Assembly (NCBI GenBank): GCA_903836515.1 | Contig: CAILQW010000039.1 | Location: forward strand, 1 to 58,379 | Length of the DNA: 58,379 nucleotides | Source of the DNA: Candidatus Omnitrophota bacterium | Lineage (GTDB): Bacteria > Omnitrophota > Gorgyraeia > Zapsychrales > Fredricksoniimonadaceae | Reading direction: 5' to 3' | Part shown: piece by piece, positions 16,754-27,553 of the stretch | Position numbering within the stretch: the stretch's first letter is position 1 | How the letters are laid out: each line of letters begins with the position of its first letter | Made by a program: the position numbers and the translations under genes | The notes under the pieces: model-generated | Database searches by the model: none | Told to the model about the DNA's origin: nothing | The model's input: the letters and a program-made list of their open reading frames with translations, nothing else

Positions 16754-17971
16754 ATGATCCAGGGCATTACTCCAATAGATACGGCATTCGACATGATGGG
16801 GCTTCATCAGGCCCAGGCGCTCACGCGGTTCATGTTCATTGAAACGCTGGCTGGGAAAGTTCTTTTTGGATTGGGTTTCATCCTGAGCCTGGTCAAGGGC
16901 TTGGAAAAAGGTAATTTTAAGCCGGTATTGATGTTCGTCTTTCTTTTCTTCTCTTTATGGTTTTTATGTGTGATGCCGCATGTCAGGGTAACGCCCCCTA
17001 TTTCTGCCATGGAACGTAACGGGTATAAGGATATTACGGCCGCCGACATATTAAAGAAGAGCGGTTACGCGGAGCTTGTGGTCAACCCGGTTGTGTATGG
17101 CGTGAGCCGGTGGATGGATGTGCTGGTGACAGGTGTGGTGGCTGTGATTGACCATGTGGGGAATGAAGGCCGCGGTTATTTGGCGAGTCCATTCTTGCGG
17201 GTCAAGGTGTCCATGATCACCAGCGCGATCGTGGCGCAAGGGATCACGGATCCAAAGCTCAGGGAAGATGCCGCGCGCTTTTATCAGCAGGATTATTGGG
17301 GCACGGTGCGCGGGCTGGGGGAGTCGGCACAGGGGGTGTGGCCTGGAGATCCCCGTGTCGTTGCCCTTTATAAGGAAGAGGCGCGGGCGCGCTGGAATAC
17401 CCTGCGCGACGCGCTTTATGCCTTCGCCAACCAGGACAAGATCTTCGACCGGACATTCGCGCGTTTCTACAACGGGAACATTAACAAGGATGGCGTGGTG
17501 AAGGCGTTATTGAATAGTGAGATGAAGATGCATTCACGGCTGTACACGCTTTTTACTTATGCATCACGGCGGGGAGATGAGAAGGTTCTGGGGAATGTAA
17601 CGGGTGTGATGCAGAAGGCGTCTCAACGCCTTATCCAGTTCCTTCCTTTAGCGCAGGGGCTGTGCCTTTTTCTTGGGTGGGCTTCATTTCCGATCTTTGT
17701 GGCGGCAGCGTTAATGTTTCAATCTTTCGGATATCTTGCGTTATGGATGGGATTGATCCTGTGTGTGAAGGGATGGTCGGTTGGCTGGGTGATTGTGGAG
17801 AAGAGCGCAGACCTCTGGTTCTTGCTGCAGGCATCGTGGGGCGGGGTTGAGTTGTGGCGCGCGCCCGTTGTCAATGACGGGACAGCCATTGCGGCGTTCA
17901 TGGTGCCGCTGGCCGGGATGGGAATATTTTTTATGGGGTTCATGCGGATGAAGGCGGGGCAGAAAGGATGA
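16754..17971 (+). CDS. Polytopic membrane protein, probable TraG N-terminal (VirB6-like) family
   Basis: N- and C-terminal TM clusters around a soluble loop; heads the tra-like operon; family assigned from topology and context. Confidence 0.5.
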   Translation: MIQGITPIDTAFDMMGLHQAQALTRFMFIETLAGKVLFGLGFILSLVKGLEKGNFKPVLMFVFLFFSLWFLCVMPHVRVTPPISAMERNGYKDITAADILKKSGYAELVVNPVVYGVSRWMDVLVTGVVAVIDHVGNEGRGYLASPFLRVKVSMITSAIVAQGITDPKLREDAARFYQQDYWGTVRGLGESAQGVWPGDPRVVALYKEEARARWNTLRDALYAFANQDKIFDRTFARFYNGNINKDGVVKALLNSEMKMHSRLYTLFTYASRRGDEKVLGNVTGVMQKASQRLIQFLPLAQGLCLFLGWASFPIFVAAALMFQSFGYLALWMGLILCVKGWSVGWVIVEKSADLWFLLQASWGGVELWRAPVVNDGTAIAAFMVPLAGMGIFFMGFMRMKAGQKG

Positions 17972-18020
17972 AACTCGAAGTAACATCAAGATGGGACAAG
18001 TTAACAGCAAGGAGAATGAG

Positions 18021-18311
18021 ATGAAGATTTTTAGGATAAGCGGGATTCTAACGATGATCGTGGTTGCGGCCACCAGGGCCTGGGCCCAGCAATCCGGGAT
18101 GGAAGATGAAACCAAGCAGCAGTTTGACAACCTGTCGAAATTCATTGTCACCGTCATGACCGGCCCTGTGGCCAAGATCATTGCCCTGGTGCTTCTTCTC
18201 GTCGGGATATGGAGAATAATTAACAAGGATTACGGGACGGCTGTTGGGTGTGTGATTGCCCTGTTGGCCCTTGTTTTCTTGCCGCAGATCCTTAACGTGT
18301 TTGGCCGGTGA
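18021..18311 (+). CDS. Conjugative-type pilin (TraA/TrbC/VirB2-like)
   Basis: Signal peptide ending AWA, then two hydrophobic helices (GPVAKIIALV...; AVGCVIAL...); directly upstream of traL-like gene. Confidence 0.75.
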   Translation: MKIFRISGILTMIVVAATRAWAQQSGMEDETKQQFDNLSKFIVTVMTGPVAKIIALVLLLVGIWRIINKDYGTAVGCVIALLALVFLPQILNVFGR

Positions 18312-18314
18312 AAC

Positions 18315-18605
18315 ATGCGTCATTGTCCCAAGACCATAGATAAACCGTTATTGATCCTTGGATTGGAAGGCGAGGATATCGCTGTGTTGATGTTCTTTTT
18401 CGGTATCCCCGCGATCATGATCTCTCCGGCGATTCCTTTGGTGTTGATCTTTGTGGCCTGGCCTGCGCTTGTGGCATTCAAACGGGGCAAACCTGAAGGA
18501 TATGTCCTGCATGCCTTGTACCGAATGGGGATGCCATTATCTGGACTATTACCACCTGGGTCGGAAGGCAAGCGTTATTCACCTTACAGTCAGGAGATGT
18601 TGTGA
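18315..18605 (+). CDS. traL: TraL-like (VirB3) membrane protein
   Basis: PKTIDKP..ILGLE.ED, two TMs, FKRGKPEGY..H..Y..G. Confidence 0.8.
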   Translation: MRHCPKTIDKPLLILGLEGEDIAVLMFFFGIPAIMISPAIPLVLIFVAWPALVAFKRGKPEGYVLHALYRMGMPLSGLLPPGSEGKRYSPYSQEML

Positions 18606-19225
18606 TTGAAGAACATCCCATAAGATCCAAAAGCTCTGTGTATTTTGAACGCTATGCCAAGGCGGAGCAACAGCGGACACTTCTGGTGGGTGTTGTTTAT
18701 GTGTTGGGCGCGGTATGTGTGGCATTTGCGATGGGGCTTATCAGCGTTGCGGTACGTCCGAAGCCCATTCATTATGTTTCAGCAGTTCCTGTTTCCGGGA
18801 TTTCTTATCCAGGCCAGGTGCCGGTCTCATCGGTGGTCAGTTTCACAGGGGCGTGGATCATGGACTGGATGAATTATACCCCTGATACGGCCCAAGGAGT
18901 TTATCAACGGGCTCTGCTCTTAGTTATGCCTTCGTTCATGGCCAAGCTTCGGGCGGGGTTGGATGAAGAGCTGCAAAAGATTTCACGCGACAGGCTGGCT
19001 TCGGTGTTCACCCTTAAGGCTGAACCGCGCTGCATGGAAAATGAGGGAGGGTTTGCGGTGATATTCGAGGGGGATCGCAGGATTTATATGGGGAAAGAAG
19101 AAATGTCACGGGAAGCTGTGCGGTTTACGGTGAATGTCCGCCGGACAACGCCGACAACGCTTAATCCTTATGGGCTTGCCGTGGAAGATGTCAGAAAAGA
19201 AAAGGTGAGGCATGATCAAGTTTAA
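18602..19225 (+). CDS. traE: TraE-like protein
   Basis: Single N-terminal TM, NYTPDT motif, NPYGL end; traL-E-K-B order. Confidence 0.75.
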   Translation: MIEEHPIRSKSSVYFERYAKAEQQRTLLVGVVYVLGAVCVAFAMGLISVAVRPKPIHYVSAVPVSGISYPGQVPVSSVVSFTGAWIMDWMNYTPDTAQGVYQRALLLVMPSFMAKLRAGLDEELQKISRDRLASVFTLKAEPRCMENEGGFAVIFEGDRRIYMGKEEMSREAVRFTVNVRRTTPTTLNPYGLAVEDVRKEKVRHDQV

Positions 19226-19874
19226 TCACATTGTAACGGCGTGGATGATGGTTGTTCTTGGGGGGGCTTGTGCATCGGCAGAAAAGAATGTTTGTTCCGG
19301 AACGGATGTTCTTGTGCGGGTGGAAGTGGGGAAAATGGTCGACATTTACGTTGAGGAAGGGATCGCGGACCTGGTGCGTTCCGGAGATCCCTCGACGGTG
19401 AAGGTGGAACATACCTCCGGGCATATATTCCTGACGCCGCTTGCGGCTGCTCCGGCGGATATTACCATTCTTGACGCTGTCGGGCGTTCCCACAGGATCA
19501 AATATGTATTTGATCAGGGTGTGGATGAAAAAATTGTTGTCGGAGATTGTCGGGAGAAAGAAGCAGGAACGGACAAGGACCTGGTCATGAGTATGGTTCG
19601 GGATCTGATTCGAGGGCGTCAGCCTGAAGGATCAAGACGGCGAGAGGGAGGTCCGGTGATATTTGAGGATGCCCAGGTCCGGATGACCCTTGTGGTAATG
19701 CATGAATTGCCGAAGCTGGCGGGTTATGTAGTGACCGCCGAGAATTTGACCGATGGTCCTGCGGCTCTTCCACTGCAACGCATTGCCTATCCCGGGCTTT
19801 TGGCCGTTGCCGCGGATAAAGAAAGCCTAGAGGCCAGGGCACAAGCCAACGTTTATATGGTGGTGGCCCGATGA
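19212..19874 (+). CDS. traK: TraK-like exported core-complex protein
   Basis: Signal peptide; beta-rich domain; C-terminal LAVA...L.......VYMV pattern; position between traE and traB. Confidence 0.7.
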   Translation: MIKFNHIVTAWMMVVLGGACASAEKNVCSGTDVLVRVEVGKMVDIYVEEGIADLVRSGDPSTVKVEHTSGHIFLTPLAAAPADITILDAVGRSHRIKYVFDQGVDEKIVVGDCREKEAGTDKDLVMSMVRDLIRGRQPEGSRRREGGPVIFEDAQVRMTLVVMHELPKLAGYVVTAENLTDGPAALPLQRIAYPGLLAVAADKESLEARAQANVYMVVAR

Positions 19875-21043
19875 ATGGATTGCAGAAGTTTTATCAGCCG
19901 TGGAAAGAGCGCTACCTTGCCCTGGATAAGCACAGCCGTTTAATGACAGCAGCGGCTGTTGTGGGGGCGGCCATAACAGCGGCCTGGCTTATGTTGCCTA
20001 AGGGGATGCCATCGGTGACAGGACCGGTAAAAGATACACATGCATCACAAGGGATGGCCAAGGCAGAGGCCGGATATTTTCTTGGCGAGGATGTTGATAA
20101 GAAGGCTTATGTTGAACGGCTGGAATCTCAATATTTTTCCGTTTCGGAAAAAAATCAGATCCTCCAGGGGAAGATCGATGATTTGGCGGGGAAAGTGAGT
20201 GAGATGGCCAGGACTCAGGGCGGGATTTCCGATAACCTTGGGGAACTCGAAAGGCGCATGGCTGATGTTGCCGCGAAATCAGCGGCAACGGCAGGCATTA
20301 ACGGTTTGAAACAGCAAAAACCTGTTATCAGCGCTTATCAGATGGATGTCATCAATATCGCGCCGGCCCTTGCAGGGGAGCGGGATGAAAATGTTGTGTA
20401 TTTACCGGCTGGCAGTTTTGTGAGCGGGACGTTGTTAACGGGTGTTTATGCCCCATCAGAAGCATCCAATCCTTTGCCGGTGCTTGTGCGTTTGAAGGAG
20501 GCTTTTTATGGGCCTAATGACACGCGCATACCTCTGGAGGGCGCTTTTGCTGTCGGGAAGGCATCGGGTGATCTCGTGAGCGAACGGGCCTTGGTACAGA
20601 TTTGCACCCTGTCCGCAGTGCTTCCCGGGGGGCAGGCTTTTGAGCATAAGGGGAATATCGGTTATTTGACAGATGCGTCGGGGCAGTTGGGATTAAAGGG
20701 ATTGATTGTTCATAACACCGGTGGGCAGCTGGCCATGTCATTTATGACAGGTTTTACAGGCGGGGCTTCTCAGGCGATGGCGGATGCTCAAACGACAACG
20801 GTGGTTAGCGATAGCGGTCGGATGGCCCGAAATGTGACGGGTAACCGCGCCAAAAATGCGGGGTTTCAGGGGCTGGCCCAGAGTGCGGCGCAAATGTCCA
20901 AGTATTACGAGGATCAATTGGGGCATATTGTACCGGCAGTGAAGGTTGACGCAGGGGTGGATGTGTATTTTATTATCCTGGAAGGAGTGGCGGTTTATGG
21001 GCTTAAGAAGAATAGCATTTCTCTTGTGCGTTACGCTGATTAG
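19871..21043 (+). CDS. traB: TraB (VirB10-like) core-complex protein
   Basis: TM, coiled coil, YLPAGSFV.G.LLTGV.AP, GDL.SERA, GLKG, P.VKVDAG. Confidence 0.88.
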   Translation: MNGLQKFYQPWKERYLALDKHSRLMTAAAVVGAAITAAWLMLPKGMPSVTGPVKDTHASQGMAKAEAGYFLGEDVDKKAYVERLESQYFSVSEKNQILQGKIDDLAGKVSEMARTQGGISDNLGELERRMADVAAKSAATAGINGLKQQKPVISAYQMDVINIAPALAGERDENVVYLPAGSFVSGTLLTGVYAPSEASNPLPVLVRLKEAFYGPNDTRIPLEGAFAVGKASGDLVSERALVQICTLSAVLPGGQAFEHKGNIGYLTDASGQLGLKGLIVHNTGGQLAMSFMTGFTGGASQAMADAQTTTVVSDSGRMARNVTGNRAKNAGFQGLAQSAAQMSKYYEDQLGHIVPAVKVDAGVDVYFIILEGVAVYGLKKNSISLVRYAD

Positions 21044-21401
21044 CGGCTGCGCCAGCGCAGGGCAGCACCGCGTTACGCGACGTCTGAATGATGACGCGCC
21101 ACGGACGTTGACGGAGATCTATCAGCAGTCCGGTGAAGGACGGATATCAGTGCCGCAAGGAAAAGTCCAGCTGCTTCCCGAGGCGGGTGATGTCAAGCCC
21201 TATTGGCCGGTCTATGAACCGCCCCGGATCATCAAGGTGTGGGTTCCGGCGCATGTTGACGATAACGATAAGGATATTATGGTCGCCGGCCACTGGGTGT
21301 TTGTTATGGTTGATGCGCCCCAGTGGTATATCCAACGGTATGGGCGAGAAAATGCTGGCGGGCATGCAGTACTTCCCGTATTGCCGCGGAAGGAAGAGTG
21401 A
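20997..21401 (+). other. traV: TraV-like lipoprotein
   Basis: Lipobox ISGC; PRIIKVWVPAHVD....MVAGHWVF.MV...QW. Confidence 0.8.
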
Positions 21402-23845
21402 TGCTGACACGCGCCGGGATCCAGGACATGTTTAATGAAAAAAATTCACTGGTCGATCATTTGCCATATGCCGAAAACATTGACGAGGTGTTCCTGCATG
21501 TTGATGGCAGTACAGGGCGTGCGTGGGAATTGTCATTGTATGAATCCGAGGCCCTTGAAGGGGCGCGACTTGAGGAATTATCGAATATGATTGCGGGACT
21601 GTCGGGACGTTTTTTACCGGGAATAAGCGTACAGTTTATTCTTTTGTCAGACGGAGATATCACGCCGTTTCTGGACAAATACCGGGCTATGACATCCCAA
21701 CAGGTTGACAGGGCCACGGAGAGGATCATTGCCGGTAAGTTGCAGCATATTTTGGATAGCCGGGAAGGGTTTTTCAGGAATTCGGGAGAAAATTTTTATC
21801 CCAGACGCATGCGGCTTTTCATAACAGTCCGTTCTTTTCCAAAGTGGCCTGGGACAGGGAATGATCGGATGGCGTGGGATAAGATCAGAAATGATTTCAT
21901 GAAAGTTTGTGATGCGCTGGAAAGCCAGTTTCAGGCGTTGAAGCTGTCGTTTAAGGCGGTTGATAAAGACCTTCTGGCGGCATTGCTCTATCAGCTGTTA
22001 AACCCGCGGCGTTCCGGTATGGTGCCGCCGCCGCGTTTGAAGAATGATTTTATAAGGGAACAGGTCCTGTATAACGCTCCGGAAGTCTGCGGGAACGGAT
22101 TTATCCTCGACACTTGCCATACCAGGGTGTTGAGTCTTAAGGAACTTCCTCAAACGACGTGGCCCGGAATGTTTTCTGCCCGTGAGGGAATGTGTGATAG
22201 CCACAGGAATATGATGATCGTCATCAATTTCACGGTGCCTGATCAGAATACGGCACTCGAAAGGATCAAGTTTCAGAAAGCGATGGCTTTTTTACAGAGA
22301 AATTCGTCGCTGGGGGATATCAGTGAGGAGGCACTGCAAAAGAAAGAAGAATTGAGCGGGTTGATCACCCAAACATTTAAAAGCGGCAAGGCTGTGATAC
22401 AGGCACGGGTACATCTTATCCTGTGGGGCGTATCACCGGATGAATTGGAGCGTGCCTGTGACAACCTTATGGTGGATCTTCATCGGATGGGTGCTGAAGG
22501 CCTGAAAGAAGAGATCATTGCGCCGTCTCTCTTTTTGACGTGCCTGCCATTAAATTTTGACCATCGCCTTGAGCGATCAATCCGCAGGGAACGCAGGATC
22601 CTGTCGGATAATTTTGCAGACATGGCGCCATTTTATGGCGCTTGCCGCGGTACAGCGACGCCAGCCGCACTGTATTTAAACCGGCGCGGAGAACCTGTGG
22701 GGGTCGATTTCTTCGATTCCGAGACCAATCCTCACGGCATAGTGATCGGGGCTTCGGGGGCCGGGAAATCATTCTTGATCAACGATTTCATATATCAGAA
22801 CTATCGTTTAGGGGCGCATTTCTTTGTCCTCGACAAGGGGCATTCTTACCGCAAGACATGCGCGATATTAGGCGGCCAATATATTGATTTTGATCTTCAG
22901 GCGCCATTGACCATCAATCCATTTTTATGTGATCCTGGCAGCGAGAACCTGGCATTCCTTGTCGAAGTGCTTGCCTTTATGGCTTCCGGCGGTGATGAGC
23001 GAGACCGTTTGACGCGTGAAGAAAAAGGATTTCTTCAGAAGGCCGTGCTGGAGGCCTATAAAGTTGTTTCGAATCGTCAGGTTACATTGACGGATGTCGT
23101 GGGGATATTAAATGATGTCCACCGGGAAGATGCACTGGGGATGGGGCCGCGCATCGCCCTTCGGCTGGCGCCGTTTACCCAGAATGGGCCTTATGGAAAG
23201 TTCTTTGACGGTCAAAATCAATTTTCCGTGAACAGCCGTTTTACGGTTTTTGAACTTGCGAATCTTTCTGCCTATCCTGACCTGCAGTTGGTGGTGCTGT
23301 TAAACATCATGTTTTTTGTAACACAGTTCGTCGCCGATCCCGGTATGCGCTCCAAACGGAAATTCCTGTTGATCGACGAAGCGTGGCAGTTATTGAAGAT
23401 GGCCAATACGGGAGATTTTATCGCCAATGCGTTTAAAACATTCCGTAAATACCGCTGTGCGGCAGTGGCTGTGACCCAGGAGGTCGCTGATTTTCTACAA
23501 CAGAAAAGCGGGTTGGCGATCCTGGCGAATACAGCCAACAAGATATTCCTCAAGCAGGAAGTTTCTTTGATCGAACATTTGAAGAAAGAATTGTCGCTTT
23601 CTGATGAAGTTGCCGGGCTTTTACGATCTGTGCGCACGGTCAAGGGAAAGTACTCGGAAGCATTGGTTGTGACACCCTCATCGACCGGGGTTATCAGGCT
23701 TGTGCCGGACCCTTTTTTATATTGGGCGGCGACATCAGAGCCTCGCGATAATGCGTTTTTGGATGAAGAAAGAACGAGGGCCAAAGGAGATCTTCTTGAA
23801 GCCCTAAGTCGTTGTGCGGAAAAATATCCATACGGGGTCCGTTAA
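21401..23845 (+). CDS. traC: TraC (VirB4-family) ATPase
   Basis: D.LPY N-terminus, GASGAGKS Walker A, DKG.SY, INPF, LIDEAW, RKY....VTQ. Confidence 0.93.
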   Translation: MLTRAGIQDMFNEKNSLVDHLPYAENIDEVFLHVDGSTGRAWELSLYESEALEGARLEELSNMIAGLSGRFLPGISVQFILLSDGDITPFLDKYRAMTSQQVDRATERIIAGKLQHILDSREGFFRNSGENFYPRRMRLFITVRSFPKWPGTGNDRMAWDKIRNDFMKVCDALESQFQALKLSFKAVDKDLLAALLYQLLNPRRSGMVPPPRLKNDFIREQVLYNAPEVCGNGFILDTCHTRVLSLKELPQTTWPGMFSAREGMCDSHRNMMIVINFTVPDQNTALERIKFQKAMAFLQRNSSLGDISEEALQKKEELSGLITQTFKSGKAVIQARVHLILWGVSPDELERACDNLMVDLHRMGAEGLKEEIIAPSLFLTCLPLNFDHRLERSIRRERRILSDNFADMAPFYGACRGTATPAALYLNRRGEPVGVDFFDSETNPHGIVIGASGAGKSFLINDFIYQNYRLGAHFFVLDKGHSYRKTCAILGGQYIDFDLQAPLTINPFLCDPGSENLAFLVEVLAFMASGGDERDRLTREEKGFLQKAVLEAYKVVSNRQVTLTDVVGILNDVHREDALGMGPRIALRLAPFTQNGPYGKFFDGQNQFSVNSRFTVFELANLSAYPDLQLVVLLNIMFFVTQFVADPGMRSKRKFLLIDEAWQLLKMANTGDFIANAFKTFRKYRCAAVAVTQEVADFLQQKSGLAILANTANKIFLKQEVSLIEHLKKELSLSDEVAGLLRSVRTVKGKYSEALVVTPSSTGVIRLVPDPFLYWAATSEPRDNAFLDEERTRAKGDLLEALSRCAEKYPYGVR

Positions 23846-23888
23846 TAAGGGCTTTGTTGTGATGCGGGGTAACAATAAGGAGAGGGGT

Positions 23889-25475
23889 ATGATTCTAGAG
23901 CAAAGGATGTTTCTGGCAGTGATGTTGGCGGTGTGTTCTTCATGCCGGTTGGCGGCAGCCGAGGAGCCGGGCACCAACAGGTGGGTTGAGCCCATGGTGC
24001 AGCAGGTCCGTGTGCCGGAGCGTATCGACAGTGGCGTATTTTATCCCGCGCATGATGAAATGGTGATCCTCAGACCGGGGGCATGGGCTAAGGACGCGGC
24101 TTCAGCAGCAGCTTCCAATGCTGAGCCTGTTGTGCCGGCGGCCAAGCCATCGATAAGTGCCGGTTTGAAGCCGGAGATTATTACGATGACAGGGAAAATG
24201 AAGTTGTTTGAGGCGCTTCGCCTCATTGCTGAGACAGCCGGCAAGGAGCTGGTGCTGGGAAATGATGTGATTGACAGCGAGCTGACGCTGGATGTGAAGA
24301 ACATGAAGCTGGCTAACGCCATCAAGGGCCTTCTTTATCCCCTGGAATACGGTTATAAAATTGACGGGGATGAATTGATTGTGCTGGCCCGCGATACCCG
24401 TGCCTTCCGGGTTAACCGACCGCCGGTCACGCAGGCGTTTGATGCGATGACAACCAACGAAAGTTCAAGCGTCGGCGCGTCATCCGGTGTCGTTTCAACG
24501 GGTGTGTCGCCGCAGGCGCGGGTGCGGGTGGGGGCCAAGGTTCTTGTTCATAATAATGCAGACGCGCTTTCGTATTGGGAGGATGTGGAGGCGAATGTCA
24601 GAAATCTTGTTTCAAAAGACGGCATTGTGTCCGTGAACAAGGCGGCAGGAGTTGTTGTTGTCACAGATACGCCACGCCGGCTCGATCAGCTGGGGATATT
24701 TTTTGATGATATGAATGCGCGTGCGGGCCAACAGATCATGGTGGATGTCAAGGTTGTTGAAGTTGAACTTTCCCGGGAATACAAATTGGGGATCGATTGG
24801 GGCGCTTTGATGTCCCATGGAGATCTAAGGGGCGTTCAGTTGGCCACGAATTTTGCATCCGAGAATATGACATCAGGAAATTCAATGAATTTTACCGCGC
24901 GTGTGGGCAAGGATGGGGCCGGTGATACGGAATCCGGGATCAAGGCTGTGCTTAAAGCGCTTGAGTCTTTTGGACGGATCGACGTGGTGTCCCAGCCCCG
25001 GGTGATGATGTTGAATAATTCGGTGGCCAGTATTCAGGTGGGGGAAACAAAGTCATATGTCGAGAGCACCAACATGGAAACAACCCAGGGCGGGGGAACG
25101 ATCACATCAGCGGCGTTGAATGAGGTCCATGGAGGTGTGACACTCCAGATCGTCGGCAGTATCGCGGGTGAGGATGTGTTTCTGGGGGTAACGCCTGTTG
25201 TCAGCAGCATCGATGATATCCGCACGATTACCCTGGGGGGAGGGAGCAAGCTGGAAGCGCCTGATACATCGATGAAAACCATGAGCACGCTGGTCCGGGT
25301 TAAAGACGGCCATACGGTTGCCATTGGCGGGCTTATTACCCGGGATAAAAGGAGTGAACAACATGGTGTTCCATTCTTGTCCAGAGTCCCGCTTCTTGGG
25401 AAAGTTTTTTCGTATGAAGTGCGTCGCAACAGGCGTACGGAACTGGTCATTTTCATGACCCCGCATCGAGGTTAA
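23889..25475 (+). CDS. Secretin (MshL/PilN/PilQ-like)
   Basis: STN-like domain, QIMVDVKVVEV, GIDW, VVSQPRV...NN, GGLI, GVPFLSRVPLLG.VF...RTELVIFMTP. Confidence 0.92.
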   Translation: MILEQRMFLAVMLAVCSSCRLAAAEEPGTNRWVEPMVQQVRVPERIDSGVFYPAHDEMVILRPGAWAKDAASAAASNAEPVVPAAKPSISAGLKPEIITMTGKMKLFEALRLIAETAGKELVLGNDVIDSELTLDVKNMKLANAIKGLLYPLEYGYKIDGDELIVLARDTRAFRVNRPPVTQAFDAMTTNESSSVGASSGVVSTGVSPQARVRVGAKVLVHNNADALSYWEDVEANVRNLVSKDGIVSVNKAAGVVVVTDTPRRLDQLGIFFDDMNARAGQQIMVDVKVVEVELSREYKLGIDWGALMSHGDLRGVQLATNFASENMTSGNSMNFTARVGKDGAGDTESGIKAVLKALESFGRIDVVSQPRVMMLNNSVASIQVGETKSYVESTNMETTQGGGTITSAALNEVHGGVTLQIVGSIAGEDVFLGVTPVVSSIDDIRTITLGGGSKLEAPDTSMKTMSTLVRVKDGHTVAIGGLITRDKRSEQHGVPFLSRVPLLGKVFSYEVRRNRRTELVIFMTPHRG

Positions 25476-25477
25476 CT

Positions 25478-26575
25478 ATGGGCCGCTATCTCTTTCAGAA
25501 CGGTAATGTGTATTTTTCATTAAACAAAAATTCAGGATGCATGACGTTTGAGGAATTCCTCGCATCGCCTATGCCAATGGACCCAGAGGCGCATGTTCTG
25601 GTTATAGAAACAGCACATGGCCGGATGGGGAACGCGCAGACGGAATTTATTCGCAGGATTAGTCATTCATTTTCACGGGGTAAGATTAAAACATTTGTCC
25701 CCTACAACCTGGCCTTGCGTGCGTTTGTCCTTGAGCGCGGACTGGTCGAATCAACAGATCCGATGATTGTGGTGGATAACATAGGGGACAGGTATTTGTT
25801 AAGCGCCTATAACACGCGTGAGGCGGTTGAGACACGGGTCCTTTTGCCGCAAAATGCGCAACGGATTGTGGAAGAGGTTCTGAGGACTCGAAAAAACCTG
25901 ATGGAAGGCGTCGGGCTGGGTCAGGGGAAAGATGTATGCCGGTTTCTTTCCAATGATCCGGAAGTTATTGAAGCCTTGGGTGGCGAAGATAAGGGATATG
26001 CCGTTTATTTTGAAACATTATTTCCGGCGTTTCAGGTTCTGGGCAAAACCAGGTTTGCCGTGCATTTGATGCCCCCTGAAGATATTGCCGCGCATCGACG
26101 GCAGGAAGATCTTTGGGTTTTGGCGCGCACGGGCGGTGTTGCGTTGCTGATGGTATTGTCCGGTGCTGGATATTATGTGACGGGAATTCGACCTGAAGAA
26201 TTTGTGGATCAAAAAATACGGATCGAGGCAGAAAAAAGATCGGTTTTGGAGGATGAATTAACAAAGGTTTCTGCGGATACTTACCAGGCGCGCCTTAAGG
26301 GGTTGCCGCACGCGGATTTTATGGACACGTTGCGTCAGTTTATGGAAGGGGTTCCTCCGGATGCCTGGATCAGGACGCTTTCATTTGAGCGCGACGCCGC
26401 TGAAAAGTGGTCTTTTACAGGGAGTATTGTTTTCAAAGAGAAACGTATTTTTCCTTTTTCGGCCAAGGGGATTTTCAACGGGGCTGATGTGGCCTCGGTG
26501 TTTATTGATGACAATCCGGGGCTCAGGATACATGCGGCACTGTGTTCTCCTGCTGCTGCAGAAAGGAATCTGTGA
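25478..26575 (+). CDS. Probable pilus alignment protein (PilM/PilN- or GspL-like)
   Basis: Cytoplasmic N-domain, central TM, coiled coil, PP..WI..L motif; position after secretin. Confidence 0.45.
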   Translation: MGRYLFQNGNVYFSLNKNSGCMTFEEFLASPMPMDPEAHVLVIETAHGRMGNAQTEFIRRISHSFSRGKIKTFVPYNLALRAFVLERGLVESTDPMIVVDNIGDRYLLSAYNTREAVETRVLLPQNAQRIVEEVLRTRKNLMEGVGLGQGKDVCRFLSNDPEVIEALGGEDKGYAVYFETLFPAFQVLGKTRFAVHLMPPEDIAAHRRQEDLWVLARTGGVALLMVLSGAGYYVTGIRPEEFVDQKIRIEAEKRSVLEDELTKVSADTYQARLKGLPHADFMDTLRQFMEGVPPDAWIRTLSFERDAAEKWSFTGSIVFKEKRIFPFSAKGIFNGADVASVFIDDNPGLRIHAALCSPAAAERNL

Positions 26576-27063
26576 TGAAGGTGATGATGATATTTTTCGG
26601 GATTGCTGTGATGCTGTCCGGATTTATATTAGGCCATGCATCCCGCATGCGTGTCGAGAAGAAAGAGGTGGTGCTTGATCATTTACGGCAAGATACGGTC
26701 CGTGTTAATGAAAAAATTGAAGCGTGTAAGGGGTTACCCCATGAATCGCCTCGTGATCTGATCCGGGAATATACGGGTTTTATTAACGATATTCATGCGA
26801 TGGGACGGGCAGAGGGAATGATGTGCGGGGTGATTGTCCCGGGGGTGATTCAAGGGGATGTGGCTCACAGCGCGGGCATTTCATCGTGGGATGGGGTGAG
26901 GCAGCTAAATGTTCAGGTTGTATGCCCGCTGGGGCGGGGGAAGGGCCTGCTTTCATTGTTGGATGTCTTTACCGATATCGAACGTAACGGTTCAGTCGTG
27001 ATCCGGGGAATGCATCAGGACAAGGATGTTCTTAGGGCTGAATTTCTTATTGTGGGACGTTAG
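26575..27063 (+). CDS. Probable PilO/GspM-like protein
   Basis: N-terminal TM, coiled coil, small alpha/beta C-domain; context. Confidence 0.4.
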   Translation: MKVMMIFFGIAVMLSGFILGHASRMRVEKKEVVLDHLRQDTVRVNEKIEACKGLPHESPRDLIREYTGFINDIHAMGRAEGMMCGVIVPGVIQGDVAHSAGISSWDGVRQLNVQVVCPLGRGKGLLSLLDVFTDIERNGSVVIRGMHQDKDVLRAEFLIVGR

Positions 27064-27075
27064 GAGGAATACGTT

Positions 27076-27540
27076 ATGAAGAGGTGGCTAGGGCTGGTTT
27101 TTGGGATTTTCTTGATAATGCCGGGAGTGCAGGCAGAGGAAAAGGCTGTGGTGGTTGAGGGTACGGCGCTGGAAAAGCTGCGCGCACAGGTCGATATTGA
27201 ACGATCCAGAGAGCAGGAGCTTCAGTTATTGCAGTTGGATGTCGAGCGCCTGAAACTTGAACTTGAGAAAAAGAAGGCGGTTCTTGAGCTTGCCAGTCTT
27301 TCCGCAGGAGGAGAGGCCAGAAATGTTGGAGTTCAGCCAGGGACAGAATCGAGCCTTCATGTGCGGTATGTTTCTATTGTCGGTACGCGCAAGGAAGCTG
27401 TGATCGATGCTGACGGGGTTGAGGCGCACGTGAAAGAAGGGGATGTCTGGAGTGGAAGGATGGTCAGAAAGATTTCGGAAGCAGGGGTTGTTACGGCGGC
27501 TCAGGACGGGCAGGAAAATTTTTATCCGGTGAAGCGCTGA
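27076..27540 (+). CDS. PilP-like exported protein
   Basis: Signal peptide VQA, coiled coil, C-terminal A.I......VKEGD....V.KI...GV motif. Confidence 0.6.
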   Translation: MKRWLGLVFGIFLIMPGVQAEEKAVVVEGTALEKLRAQVDIERSREQELQLLQLDVERLKLELEKKKAVLELASLSAGGEARNVGVQPGTESSLHVRYVSIVGTRKEAVIDADGVEAHVKEGDVWSGRMVRKISEAGVVTAAQDGQENFYPVKR

Positions 27541-27553
27541 AAAGGGTCTATTG